A DNA stretch of 64,000 nt from Christensenellales bacterium (GTDB taxonomy: Bacteria > Bacillota > Clostridia > Christensenellales > MGBC116941), in assembly GCA_050945795.1 (NCBI GenBank), contig JBMNTP010000003.1, positions 9,231-73,230 on the forward strand. The letters are read 5' to 3'. A model generated the notes under the pieces. The model was not told the DNA's origin and did no database searches. It was given only the letters and a program-made list of their open reading frames with translations. Shown piece after piece: positions 50,809 to 60,468 of the stretch. The position numbers and the translations under genes were made by a program. Every line of letters starts with the position of its first letter. Position 1 is the first letter of the stretch.

Positions 50809-51993
50809 TCAGATTATGCCGCTAAGGCATGTATAAAGCGCGTCTATCTGCTCTTCGCTTATTATAAATGGCGGGGCCAACCTTAAAGTGTTATTGGCCG
50901 CTGTACCTATTATAAAGCCTTTTTCTCTAGCCGTCGTAACAATATCTGTCGCCTTTAAGTTGTCTTTAAGCTCTATTCCGGCAAGCAGACCCAGCGCGCG
51001 TACAGAGGATACGGCGTCCGGCTTATTAGCTTGCAGCTGCTTGAGCGTTTTAAGTAGATACTCACCTTTTTTCTGTATATCCGGCAGCATTTCTTCTATG
51101 CGGCTTATAACATACGCCGACGCTGCGCAGGCCAGCGGGTTTCCTCCAAATGTGCTGCCGTGATCTCCCGGCTTAAATGCTGCTGAAACGTCTTCTGAGG
51201 CGAGCAGCGCTCCTATCGGCACTCCTCCGCCCATACCCTTTGCTATTGTGAATATATCGGGGCGTATGCCTTCATGCTCAAAGCTGAACATTTTGCCTGT
51301 ACGGCCGGCACCTGTTTGCACCTCGTCTATTATAAGGAGTATGCCGTGGCGGTCGCATATGCTTCTAAGGCTCTTAATGAAACCTTCGGGCGGCATAATA
51401 ACTCCGCCTTCTCCTTGAATGGTTTCTACCATTATGGCGCAGGTTTTTGAGTTTATAGCTGCCTCGGCGGCCGCGGCGTCGCCAAACGGAGTATGCACGA
51501 AAGACTGCGGCAGCGGCTCAAAAGGCTGCTGATATTTAGGCTGCGCTGTTGCGGCAAGCGTTGCGAGGGTGCGGCCATGGAAGCTGTTGTTAAAGGTTAT
51601 TATTTCGTACTTCTCCTCGCCCTTGTCGCGAAAGTATTTCCTCGCTAGCTTTATAGCGCCCTCGTTTGCCTCGGCTCCGCTGTTTGAGAAAAACACACGG
51701 TATCCGCCGCTTAAACGATGCAAAAGCATGGCGAGCTCAGCCTGTCGCTCGATATAATATATATTAGAGCAGTGCAAAAGCTTTGTTGCCTGCTCGCATA
51801 TGGCGTTTGTAAGGCCGGTGTCGTTATAGCCAAGACTGTTTACCGCTATGCCGGCGAAAAAGTCGGTGTAGCTTTTTCCGGCGGTATCATACAGCGTGCA
51901 GCCGGAGCCATGCGTAAAGGCTATCGGCGTGCGGCTGCCAAAGGTGTTCATATAAGCCTTGCTGTCTAGAGCGATAATGTTTTTTATATCCAT
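50809..51993 (-). CDS. argD: acetylornithine aminotransferase
   Basis: Class-III aminotransferase with SGAEANEGAIKLAR, LIIDEVQTGAGRTG and PDIFTIAKGMGGG (PLP lysine). Located in an arg operon. Confidence 0.92.
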   Translation of the reverse strand: MDIKNIIALDSKAYMNTFGSRTPIAFTHGSGCTLYDTAGKSYTDFFAGIAVNSLGYNDTGLTNAICEQATKLLHCSNIYYIERQAELAMLLHRLSGGYRVFFSNSGAEANEGAIKLARKYFRDKGEEKYEIITFNNSFHGRTLATLAATAQPKYQQPFEPLPQSFVHTPFGDAAAAEAAINSKTCAIMVETIQGEGGVIMPPEGFIKSLRSICDRHGILLIIDEVQTGAGRTGKMFSFEHEGIRPDIFTIAKGMGGGVPIGALLASEDVSAAFKPGDHGSTFGGNPLACAASAYVISRIEEMLPDIQKKGEYLLKTLKQLQANKPDAVSSVRALGLLAGIELKDNLKATDIVTTAREKGFIIGTAANNTLRLAPPFIISEEQIDALYTCLSGII

Positions 51994-52002
51994 TCTAAGT
52001 CC

Positions 52003-52875
52003 TCACTTCCGAACCATTGTGCCTATGCCGGTATCTGTGAAAATCTCTAGGAGTATGGGGTGGGGGATGGTGCCGTCGAGTATATGAGTGCGCTTAACGC
52101 CCTGGTTAATGCCTTTTATGGCGCCTTCAACTTTAGGAATCATGCCGCCGCTTATTATGCCGCTCTCTATGTATTTATGGATATCATCGACCGATATTTC
52201 ATAAAGCAGCGTTGCGGGATCATCGGGGTTAGTGCGTATGCCGTCAATGTCGGTAAGGAATATTAGCTTTTCGGCGTGTATAGCGGCGGCTATTTCGCCG
52301 GCTACGGTATCGGCGTTTATGTTGTAGCTTTCGCCGTTTTCGCCTACGCCGATAGGCGCGATAACGGGTATATATTCATCTTTCGACAGCAGTTCAAGCA
52401 GCTTGACATTAACGCTCACTATCTCGCCGACATAGCCAAGATCAACATCGCCTGTCTTTTTAACGCAGTGTATAAGGTTTGCGTCCTTACCGCAAAGGCC
52501 TATAGCCTTACCGCCTAAGCTGTTCATATTGGCTACTATGTCTTTGTTTATTTTACCTGTCAGCACCATCTGGACCACTTCCATGGTGGCTTCGTCGGTA
52601 ACCCTTAAGCCGTTATGGAATTTAGGCTCGATATTGAGCTTTCCAAGAAGCGAGTTTATCTCCGGCCCGCCGCCATGAACGACAATAGGGTTTACGCCGA
52701 CATATTTTAGCAGCGTAACGTCTTGAAGTATTTTCATTGTAAGGTCGGAGTTTGTCATGGCGTTGCCGCCGTATTTTATAACAACAGTTTTGCCGTTAAG
52801 CTTTTGTATATACGGAAGCGCCTCTATAAGTATATGCGCGCGCTCTATAAGCTTGTTTTGTAGTGATGAATCCAT
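52003..52875 (-). CDS. argB: acetylglutamate kinase
   Basis: [21 protein letters not shown] and VVHGGGPEI motifs. ATG at 52875 follows GGAAGGGG; the track start at 52947 overlaps argC. Confidence 0.93.
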   Translation of the reverse strand: MDSSLQNKLIERAHILIEALPYIQKLNGKTVVIKYGGNAMTNSDLTMKILQDVTLLKYVGVNPIVVHGGGPEINSLLGKLNIEPKFHNGLRVTDEATMEVVQMVLTGKINKDIVANMNSLGGKAIGLCGKDANLIHCVKKTGDVDLGYVGEIVSVNVKLLELLSKDEYIPVIAPIGVGENGESYNINADTVAGEIAAAIHAEKLIFLTDIDGIRTNPDDPATLLYEISVDDIHKYIESGIISGGMIPKVEGAIKGINQGVKRTHILDGTIPHPILLEIFTDTGIGTMVRK

Positions 52876-52903
52876 ATTTAAACGCCCCTTCCACGAATAT
52901 CGC

Positions 52904-53938
52904 TTATAAATAGTATGCGGCGGCTTCAAGCCCGCAGGTTTCGTCAAAGCCGAGCATTATGTTCATGTTCTGGATGGCCTGACCCGCCGCTCCTTTAATA
53001 AGGTTGTCGATAGCTGATACAACTACGACCCTATTAAGCCTTTCATCTATAACAAAGCCTATGGCGCATTTATTTGAGCCGCATACATGCTTTAACTCGG
53101 GCAGCCCGTCTTCGTATACATCGACAAAAGGCTCATTTTTATACATGTCTAAAAACATATCATAAAGCTGCCGTCTTGTAGCCGGACGGCTTAATGTTGC
53201 ATAGCAAGTAGAGAGTATACCGCGCTTAACCGGTATAAGGTGTGGTGAGAAAGATAGTGCGACAGGCGAGCTAGACAGCTTTGAAAGCTCTTGCTCAATC
53301 TCTGATGTATGCCGGTGGGTGGCTATGGAATATGCGCGCACGTTTTGATCAAGCTCGCAAAAATGCGTTATGGCGGACGGTGAACGGCCTGCTCCTGTGG
53401 CGCCGGATTTGGCGTCAATTATTATGCTGCTTATATCTATCGCATGGCTTTTTACAAGAGGAGCGAGGGCAAGTATCGAGCAGGTGGTATAGCAGCCGGG
53501 ATTGCCTATAAGCCGGGCTTTAGAGATAGCATCTCTATGCAGCTCGCATAAGCCGTATACTGCTTCAGAAAGAAGCTGTAGCTGCGTATGTTCGGCTCCG
53601 TACCACTCCTCGTATACAGCCGCGTCGTCGTAGCGGAAATCGCCGCTCAAGTCGATAACCTTGGCTCCTTGTGAAAGAAGAAAGGGTATTGCCGACATTG
53701 ATTCTTTATGCGGCAGCGCAGCGAAAATAACATCGCTGTCGGATGCCGCCGCCTCAAAGTCGCCTTCAAGTTCAATATCGCATATGCCGCGCAAGTTCGG
53801 ATAAAGCGAGCTTATCCGCTTCCCCGCGTTGCTTCTTGAAATAAGATGCGCTATTTTGATTTCTTTGTGCGAGGTCAGCAGCCGTGTAAGCTCCGCCCCT
53901 GCATATCCGTTTGCGCCTATAACGCTTACTCTATACAT
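52904..53938 (-). CDS. argC: N-acetyl-gamma-glutamyl-phosphate reductase
   Basis: [15 protein letters not shown] motif and active-site GNPGCYTT. Confidence 0.94.
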   Translation of the reverse strand: MYRVSVIGANGYAGAELTRLLTSHKEIKIAHLISRSNAGKRISSLYPNLRGICDIELEGDFEAAASDSDVIFAALPHKESMSAIPFLLSQGAKVIDLSGDFRYDDAAVYEEWYGAEHTQLQLLSEAVYGLCELHRDAISKARLIGNPGCYTTCSILALAPLVKSHAIDISSIIIDAKSGATGAGRSPSAITHFCELDQNVRAYSIATHRHTSEIEQELSKLSSSPVALSFSPHLIPVKRGILSTCYATLSRPATRRQLYDMFLDMYKNEPFVDVYEDGLPELKHVCGSNKCAIGFVIDERLNRVVVVSAIDNLIKGAAGQAIQNMNIMLGFDETCGLEAAAYYL

Positions 53939-53964
53939 ATAATCATCCTTTTATCATTTCGCAT

Positions 53965-53993
53965 ATTATACATCTAAATGAATAAAAATGCAA
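53965..53993 (-). promoter_or_regulatory. sigma-A promoter of argCBDF-GNAT
   Basis: On the minus strand: TTGCAT (53993-53988), 17-nt spacer, TATAAT (53970-53965). The -10 lies ~27 nt upstream of the argC ATG. Confidence 0.6.
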
Positions 53994-53994
53994 T
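53977..53994 (-). promoter_or_regulatory. ARG box (ArgR/AhrC operator)
   Basis: AATGAATAAAAATGCAAT matches the 18-nt ARG-box consensus TNTGAATWWWWATTCANW at 16 of 18 positions. It overlaps the -35 element. Confidence 0.75.
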
Positions 53995-54083
53995 ACGCTT
54001 TTTCCAATAATAACATCGTCCCAAAATGGCATGACTATGGAATAACTTTGTCGGCTCATGACAAACTAAAACCGATAAAACAA

Positions 54084-55196
54084 ATGGGGGAAAAGGCGTT
54101 GAAAAAGGTTTGGAAAATATTAATAGCTATAGCTATCATATTAGGAATTGCTTTGGCGGCGGAAAGCCTTGGTAAAAGCCAGCGAGAAGTTGAGACAATA
54201 GTTGCTGAAATAGGCAGTATCAGCATAAGGGTGGAGGCGCAGGGCGAGGTCAAACCGGTTAGGGAATATTACGCCATGAGCGAGACGGGCGGCAAAATAA
54301 AAAGCGTTGCGGTGCGCGAAGGCGAATTCGTAAGCGGGTATCAAGAGCTTCTAAGGCTTGAAAACAGCGAAGTCGAAAAGGCGATGGCTGAAGTGGAAAA
54401 TGCCAAAGAGCAGGTTAGTGAAGCGGCGGTGTTGCAGGCGGAGTCGCTTAAAAAAGATGCGGGGCTTAGTAAAAGGCAGGCGGCGCTAGCGCTGGCGCAG
54501 AGCATAGGATACGAGCTTGACGAGTTTAATTCTGTATTTATGCCGGAAGAGGTAGAGGAAGCCGAGGAAACAATGTCGGCGGAATATAGCGGCGAAAACT
54601 ATTACTCCGGCGCCAGCTATGATACCGGCATACTAAGGAGCGGTATAAGCGGGGTTGTGCTAAAAAACATGGCTCGGATAGGCGAGATACTCGCGCCCGG
54701 CGCGCCTGCCATGGTTATAGGCGATGTATCTTCTTATATAATAAAAGCATATATAGATGAGGCTGACGCGATTAATGTAAAGGAGGGTATGGATGTCGTT
54801 ATAAGTTCAGCTTCTTGGCAGGATACAGCATGGGGCGGTACGGTTAAGAAAATAGGCAGCATGGTTACACGACTTGATGACGCGGTTGGCGGGCTGAATG
54901 TTGTTGAGATAGAGGTTGAGCCGGTCGCGAGCTTTACGGCGCTGCCCGGAAAGCTGGTGGATGTAGGCATTATATATGACGGCATTGATGATGTATTAAT
55001 TATACCCATAGAGTGCCTTGCTTCGGATGGCAGCGTTTATGTTGTGAACGAAGGTGTTTTACAGCAGAGGACGGTAAGGATAGGCAAGCAGGACGAATAC
55101 GGCGTTGAGATACTCAGCGGCATAGAAGAAGGGGAAGTTGTAGCCCTCTATCCGTCCGATTTTAAGGATGGAGAGAAGGTGAGTATAATTGATTGA
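54084..55196 (+). CDS. efflux transporter periplasmic adaptor subunit (HlyD/MacA-like membrane fusion protein)
   Basis: N-terminal anchor helix (VWKILIAIAIILGIALAA), a coiled-coil region and a beta-barrel C-terminus. Followed by ABC ATPase and FtsX permease genes. ATG at 54084; the upstream extension overlaps the arg promoter. Confidence 0.75.
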   Translation: MGEKALKKVWKILIAIAIILGIALAAESLGKSQREVETIVAEIGSISIRVEAQGEVKPVREYYAMSETGGKIKSVAVREGEFVSGYQELLRLENSEVEKAMAEVENAKEQVSEAAVLQAESLKKDAGLSKRQAALALAQSIGYELDEFNSVFMPEEVEEAEETMSAEYSGENYYSGASYDTGILRSGISGVVLKNMARIGEILAPGAPAMVIGDVSSYIIKAYIDEADAINVKEGMDVVISSASWQDTAWGGTVKKIGSMVTRLDDAVGGLNVVEIEVEPVASFTALPGKLVDVGIIYDGIDDVLIIPIECLASDGSVYVVNEGVLQQRTVRIGKQDEYGVEILSGIEEGEVVALYPSDFKDGEKVSIID

Positions 55197-55857
55197 GGCA
55201 AGAGGAATTTATAAAAGCTATTTGACGGAGGCCGGCTCGCTAAGCGCCTTAGAGGATGTCAACTTTATACTTCGTGACGGTGGTTTCGCGGCTATTATGG
55301 GCCCGTCTGGCAGCGGGAAAACCACGCTTTTAAACATACTAGGCTGCCTTGATAAGCCGGATACCGGAGAATATATTTTAGCCGGCAGCAGCGTTTCAAA
55401 ACTGTCAAGGGCAAAACTCGCGCATCTTAGAAACCGCACAATCGGGTATGTGTTTCAAGCTTTTCATCTTATACCCAAACTTACGGCGCTTGAAAATGTC
55501 GAACTGCCGCTTATATACGGCAATGTGCCTATAACAAAGAGAAAAAGCCGAGCTATGGCGATGCTTGAAAAAATGGGGGTTGCTGATAGAGCAAGTCATT
55601 TGCCTTCGCAGCTTAGCGGCGGGCAAAAGCAGCGGGTGGCGATCGCGCGGGCGCTAGTAAACGATCCCGCGCTTATACTCGCTGATGAGCCAACGGGAAA
55701 CCTTGATGAGGACACCGGAAAAGACATAATGGAAACGCTGAGCTATCTTAATAAGTGCGGTTGCAGCATAGCGCTTATAACGCACAGTTGCGCCACAGCG
55801 TCATACGCGAAAGAAAAATATATACTTAGGGGCGGACGCCTCATGCGGAGGGATTAA
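55189..55857 (+). CDS. ABC transporter ATP-binding protein (MacB/LolD/FtsE-type)
   Basis: Walker [10 protein letters not shown], signature [15 protein letters not shown] and Walker [15 protein letters not shown] start overlaps the adaptor gene by 8 nt. Confidence 0.92.
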   Translation: MIEARGIYKSYLTEAGSLSALEDVNFILRDGGFAAIMGPSGSGKTTLLNILGCLDKPDTGEYILAGSSVSKLSRAKLAHLRNRTIGYVFQAFHLIPKLTALENVELPLIYGNVPITKRKSRAMAMLEKMGVADRASHLPSQLSGGQKQRVAIARALVNDPALILADEPTGNLDEDTGKDIMETLSYLNKCGCSIALITHSCATASYAKEKYILRGGRLMRRD

Positions 55858-55858
55858 T

Positions 55859-57013
55859 ATGAAGCTGGGCGAATACGTCGCGATGGCGTCAAAACATATA
55901 AAAACTAATATGCTGCGCTCGCTGCTTACTATGCTTGGTATAACAATAGGCATTGGCGCTATGATAATAGTTATATCGCTTGGCGACGGTGGGCAGATTC
56001 GCATAAACAGCGAGTTGCAAAAGTTTGGCGTTAACAGGCTGTGGATATATAATGCGCAACAAAAGGGCGGCGTTATGAGCACAATTACAATGAACGACAC
56101 TGAGGCTATAAAAGAAGTAATGCCGCAGCATAACGTTACGCAGGCGACATACAGGGCCGGCGTTATAAAATCGGGTACGGCTACGGCGTCTGTTGAGGTG
56201 GCCGGCGTAGACGAGGTGCTTTTTGATATTGAGTCTATGACTATGGAGTCGGGGCGATTTATTAACGCAAATGACGTGCAGTATGCGCGGCGCACGATGG
56301 TGATATCGGCGGAGTTGCAAGAGGCGATAGGAAAGAAAATGCTTGGCGAAATGGTTACGCTTAGGAACAAGCCGTATACCATTGTAGGAGTGCTTGAGGA
56401 CTCGTCGCTTACAGTTAAAAGCCGGGTTTATGTGCCGCTTACGGCAATGAAAAAGCAATATAAAGTAAGGTTTGTTGATGAAATATCGATATCTGTAAAG
56501 GATGGCGATGTTGGCGAGATAGGGCTTGAGGCCATAAAAGTACTGGAGCAGCGGCATGGCGGAACAAATAATTTTAAGCAGTTCAACCTTGCTAAAGAGA
56601 TGCGGCTAGCGCAGCAGGTACTTACGACGTTTCGCATGGTTATCGCTGCGATAGCCGCAATTTCGCTGCTCGTAGGCGGCATAGGCATTATGAATATAAT
56701 GCTTGTAACGGTGAAGGAAAGAACTCAGGAGATAGGAATCAGAAAAGCGTTAGGAGCTACTGATAGCGAAATAATGATGCAGTTTCTATATGAGGCAATA
56801 GTATACTCACTTTTTGGCTGCATATTCGGTATAGCCTTCGGTCTGCTTACGACATGGGGCTTTTCAGAGCTTATAAAAGTACCGTATATTATAACGGCGG
56901 AAACAATTATACTTGCGGCGGTGTTCGCTGTAGGAGTGGGCATGGTATTTGGCATACTACCGGCGAAAAAGGCGGCGGCTATGCATCCGGCGGACGCGCT
57001 TCGTGTCGATTAA
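55859..57013 (+). CDS. ABC transporter permease (FtsX/MacB family with extracytoplasmic domain)
   Basis: TM1, a ~220-aa extracytoplasmic domain, then three C-terminal TMs with the conserved IGIMNIMLVTVKERTQEIGIRKALGA motif. Confidence 0.9.
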   Translation: MKLGEYVAMASKHIKTNMLRSLLTMLGITIGIGAMIIVISLGDGGQIRINSELQKFGVNRLWIYNAQQKGGVMSTITMNDTEAIKEVMPQHNVTQATYRAGVIKSGTATASVEVAGVDEVLFDIESMTMESGRFINANDVQYARRTMVISAELQEAIGKKMLGEMVTLRNKPYTIVGVLEDSSLTVKSRVYVPLTAMKKQYKVRFVDEISISVKDGDVGEIGLEAIKVLEQRHGGTNNFKQFNLAKEMRLAQQVLTTFRMVIAAIAAISLLVGGIGIMNIMLVTVKERTQEIGIRKALGATDSEIMMQFLYEAIVYSLFGCIFGIAFGLLTTWGFSELIKVPYIITAETIILAAVFAVGVGMVFGILPAKKAAAMHPADALRVD

Positions 57014-57100
57014 AGCGGGCAAGCTACGGCGTTTTATTGCGCTGATGCTGTTTTGGTGATATAATTTTGCCAAATATGCGCAGACTGAGAGGAAGAACTG

Positions 57101-58549
57101 ATGGCAAAGCATAAGAACGCCGAATTTGTAACACACATTGCCTCAATGGAGGAGGATTTTTCCGGTTGGTATACCGATGTAATAAAGCAGTCACAATTGG
57201 TTGACTATTCCGATGTAAAAGGTTTTATGGTTATAAGGCCGTATGGCTATGGTATATGGGAGCTTATGCAGCGGGAGATGGATGACCGCTTCAAGGCTAC
57301 GGGTCACAAGAACGCTTATTTTCCTCTTCTTATACCTGAGAGCCTGCTTCAAAAGGAAGCTGATCATGTAGAAGGCTTCGCACCGGAGGGTGCCTGGGTA
57401 ACGCACGGCGGCAACGAAAAACTACAGGAGCGCCTTTGCGTAAGGCCGACAAGCGAAACGATTATTTGCAGCATGTATTCGCGCTGGATACAATCGTATC
57501 GTGATTTGCCTGTGCTGCTTAATCAATGGTGCAATGTGGTTCGTTGGGAAAAAAGCACTCGTCCTTTCCTTAGAACTTCAGAGTTTCTTTGGCAGGAAGG
57601 GCATACCGCTCACGCCACATACGAAGAGGCACAAGAAGAAACATTAAAGATGCTCGGAGTTTATAAGGATTTTGCCGAGAATGTACTGGCGATACCTGTG
57701 ATAACAGGGCAAAAAAGCGAAAAGGAAAAATTTGCCGGAGCCGAGGATACTTATACAATGGAAGCGCTTATGCATGACGGCAAGGCGCTGCAAATGGGTA
57801 CTTCCCATAATATGGATCAGCATTTCGCCAAGGTATTTGACATACAGTTCCTCGACAGGGACGGGCAGCTTAAATATGCTTACACAACATCATGGGGGAC
57901 TTCTACCCGCATGATAGGCGGGGTTATAATGGTTCACGGCGATAACCGCGGGTTGGTGCTGCCGCCCAAGATCGCGCCGATACAAGTTGTTGTGCTGCCT
58001 ATAGCCGCGCATAAGCCGGGCGTTAGCGAAAAGGCGGAGGAGATTGCCGCTCAGCTTAAGGCGGCAGGTATAAGGGTTGAGCTTGATGATAGGGATACTG
58101 TATCCGCAGGCTGGAAGTTTAACGAGTGGGAGCTTAAAGGCGTACCGCTGAGGCTGGAGATAGGGCCGAGAGACATTGATGCCGGCGTTTTCACAGTAGT
58201 GCGCAGGGATAACCTTGAAAAGTCACAGAAGGAGCTGTCGAAGCTTGTGGCTGAGGTTGAGGCGCTGCTAGCTGATGTACAGAAGGGATTGTTTGAAAAG
58301 GCGCTTAAGAGGCGGGAAGAACATACCGTATCTGCTACTAGCTATGACGAATTCAAAGAGGCGATAGAGACAGGCAAAGGGTTCGTTAAGGCGATGTGGT
58401 GCGAGGAGAGAAGTTGCGAGGATGAGATTAAGGATGAAACTGGCGCAACGACCAGATGTGCTCCTTTTGAGCAGGAGCACATGGCTGATAATTGCGTGCA
58501 TTGCGGCAAACCGGCCAAGAGGCTATTCTACTTCGCGAGAGCATATTAA
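57101..58549 (+). CDS. proS: proline--tRNA ligase (archaeal/eukaryotic-like class IIa form)
   Basis: 482 aa. FSGWYTDVIKQSQL N-terminus, class II motifs, no bacterial INS editing domain, and a C-terminal Zn-binding domain ending ...CVHCGKPAKRLFYFARAY. Confidence 0.92.
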   Translation: MAKHKNAEFVTHIASMEEDFSGWYTDVIKQSQLVDYSDVKGFMVIRPYGYGIWELMQREMDDRFKATGHKNAYFPLLIPESLLQKEADHVEGFAPEGAWVTHGGNEKLQERLCVRPTSETIICSMYSRWIQSYRDLPVLLNQWCNVVRWEKSTRPFLRTSEFLWQEGHTAHATYEEAQEETLKMLGVYKDFAENVLAIPVITGQKSEKEKFAGAEDTYTMEALMHDGKALQMGTSHNMDQHFAKVFDIQFLDRDGQLKYAYTTSWGTSTRMIGGVIMVHGDNRGLVLPPKIAPIQVVVLPIAAHKPGVSEKAEEIAAQLKAAGIRVELDDRDTVSAGWKFNEWELKGVPLRLEIGPRDIDAGVFTVVRRDNLEKSQKELSKLVAEVEALLADVQKGLFEKALKRREEHTVSATSYDEFKEAIETGKGFVKAMWCEERSCEDEIKDETGATTRCAPFEQEHMADNCVHCGKPAKRLFYFARAY

Positions 58550-58585
58550 TTAATAAGCGAGAACCCTATAAAAAAGACAAAAGCA

Positions 58586-58615
58586 AACCCCGCCAAATGG
58601 CGGGGTTAATTTTAT
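58586..58615. terminator. terminator hairpin between the convergent proS and NlpC/P60 genes
   Basis: AACCCCGCC-aaat-GGCGGGGTT stem followed by AATTTTAT. Confidence 0.75.
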
Positions 58616-58623
58616 GTAATATG

Positions 58624-60069
58624 TTACAGTACCCGACGTCCCATCCTAAAGTTGTTCTTCCAGTAAGTAGAGCTGTTCATGTTACCGGTTATACGGATTT
58701 TGCCGTTGCTGGACGAGGCGTCAATCATTTGGCCACCGCCGAGGTATATTCCTACATGGCCTTTAAAGCAGACTATGTCCCCCGGCTGCAGCTCGCTCAT
58801 TTTATACACTGCCGGGTAGGAACTTGAACCCCAGCCTGCGGAAGTCATGTAGCCTATTTTATAGCCTATTTGGTTAAGGCAATAGTATACAAAGCCGGAG
58901 CAGTCGAAGGTATTAGGCCCTTTGCCGCCGCGCACATACCGTTTGCCGAGCTGCGTTTTGGCGAACTCTATAAGTTTGTTGACCATGCTCTGATCGGCTG
59001 TTTTTGTTGTCGAAGTTTTCTTTTCAGTAGTTTTGGTAGGAGTCGGTGTTTTAGCAGGAGCAGGGGTCTTGGCGGGCGTCGTCTTTTTGGTAGTACTTGA
59101 AGAGTTGTTTTTGCTCGTGCTTGTACTCTTATTGTTAGTTGTAGCCTTGGGCTGCGGCTTTGGAGCCGCCTTTGCGTCTTCTGAATACAACATTTCGCGC
59201 GTGAACTCGCCAATCTTGCCGTCGACTACTAAACCGTTCTGCTTTTGAAACGCTTTTACAGCCGCTTCGGTATCGGTACCGAAAAGGCCGGTAGCAGCTG
59301 TTTTAAGATAACCAAACTTTATAAGCTGCTTTTGCATTTCCTCAACATCTGTGCCGACAGAGCCTACGGATATCGTATAAGGCTTTGCTTCGTCGCTAAA
59401 AAGCATATCGTATGTAGCCTGGCCGATTATGCCGTCTACCTGAAGATCATGCTCGCGCTGGAAAAGCTGTACGGCATAGTTAGTCTGGTAGCCATAAAAA
59501 TCGGTCGGGTCGTCATTATCCATATAGTTAAGTTCCATAAGCCGTGCCTGAAGGTTTTTAACTTCTTCAGAATGCTCGCCGGGCACAAGGCTGTCTACAG
59601 GATTGGTGCTGGCAGCATCATCTTGTGCGGGTGAAGGCGTATCTTCGTTAACGTTGTCGTCCGGATTTTGCTGTTCGCCTTCGGACGCGCTAAAGCTCTC
59701 TATAGAATCGATATTATCGCTGTCTGTTTTGTTTTCGGGTAAAATGGCATCGTCTTCATTATAACCGGCGACGCCTGCCGCCACCTGTTCTCCTACGGCA
59801 ACGCTATCGCCAGAGGGTGTTTCATAGGCGCTTTTGCTTAAGTCATCAGCTTTTGGGGAAGCAGAAAAAGCCGATATTGTTATCGGCAGTATAAACGCCA
59901 GAGCCAGCACGCTGCTTACAAGTATCACACCGCGCTTGTTAAGGCGGCGCTTTCTCCGCCTTATAGATGGAGCTGCCGCTCTTCTTTTAGCAATACTCCT
60001 TATAAGGTAGCGAAACTTAATTTTTAGCCTGCCTATAAATTTGTCTGCCGAATATAATAAATTTTTCAC
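58624..60069 (-). CDS. cell-wall hydrolase: two peptidoglycan-binding domains plus a C-terminal NlpC/P60 (C40) peptidase
   Basis: Basic N-tail and TM anchor, an acidic region, two PG_binding_1-like repeats (VKNLQARLMELNY...; VEEMQKQLIKFGY...), and a T/K/P-rich linker. The C40 core is GKRYVRGGKGPNTFDCSGFVYY...GDIVCFKGHVGIYLG. GTG start after GGAGAA. Confidence 0.85.
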   Translation of the reverse strand: MKNLLYSADKFIGRLKIKFRYLIRSIAKRRAAAPSIRRRKRRLNKRGVILVSSVLALAFILPITISAFSASPKADDLSKSAYETPSGDSVAVGEQVAAGVAGYNEDDAILPENKTDSDNIDSIESFSASEGEQQNPDDNVNEDTPSPAQDDAASTNPVDSLVPGEHSEEVKNLQARLMELNYMDNDDPTDFYGYQTNYAVQLFQREHDLQVDGIIGQATYDMLFSDEAKPYTISVGSVGTDVEEMQKQLIKFGYLKTAATGLFGTDTEAAVKAFQKQNGLVVDGKIGEFTREMLYSEDAKAAPKPQPKATTNNKSTSTSKNNSSSTTKKTTPAKTPAPAKTPTPTKTTEKKTSTTKTADQSMVNKLIEFAKTQLGKRYVRGGKGPNTFDCSGFVYYCLNQIGYKIGYMTSAGWGSSSYPAVYKMSELQPGDIVCFKGHVGIYLGGGQMIDASSSNGKIRITGNMNSSTYWKNNFRMGRRVL

Positions 60070-60468
60070 TTTTGTTCTCCATATTCCGAATTCTGATTAA
60101 ATGTTACGCAAATGTTTCGGTTTTCAACAGTCTATCATATTCAGATGAAATAATAAACACTTTTACGAAGATTTTAGGCTAATAACAGCTTTAATTTACC
60201 GATTTATACCATTTAACTTATTAATTCATACGTTTATATAGTTGAGTAAAAGAGAGTTGTTATAAGCGAAGTTTTGCAGTATTAGCGCAATAGTACCTCA
60301 TTAAAAAAAACGGCACTTCTTTGTCGGCTGTCCATTCTTTGGCGTAAGTTATTCATCTGGCTTCGCTGCTTGCGGATCTTTTATTATTGGCCGTGGGGTA
60401 GGGCGGCGCTATACCGCCCTACATTTTCTACGGCTTTATATAAAGCGCAAGACCACGCTTGTCGCCGC

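Noticed and set aside
55801-56557. 193-aa and 222-aa minus-strand ORFs within the ABC ATPase/permease genes
   Set aside because: They are antisense to genes with clear Walker and FtsX motifs, have no RBS, and are compositionally odd.
57014-57100. T-box leader upstream of proS
   Set aside because: The intergenic region is only 87 nt. It has no specifier-loop or T-box sequence and no terminator/antiterminator pair.
60070-60468. Possible c-di-AMP (ydaO-type) or other riboswitch in the ~400-nt AT-rich region upstream of the NlpC/P60 hydrolase gene
   Set aside because: Read on the minus strand, I could not find the conserved ydaO blocks or any other recognisable aptamer core. The one strong hairpin (GTAGGGCGG...CCGCCCTAC, 60400-60425) lies just past the binding-protein gene stop and is more simply its terminator.
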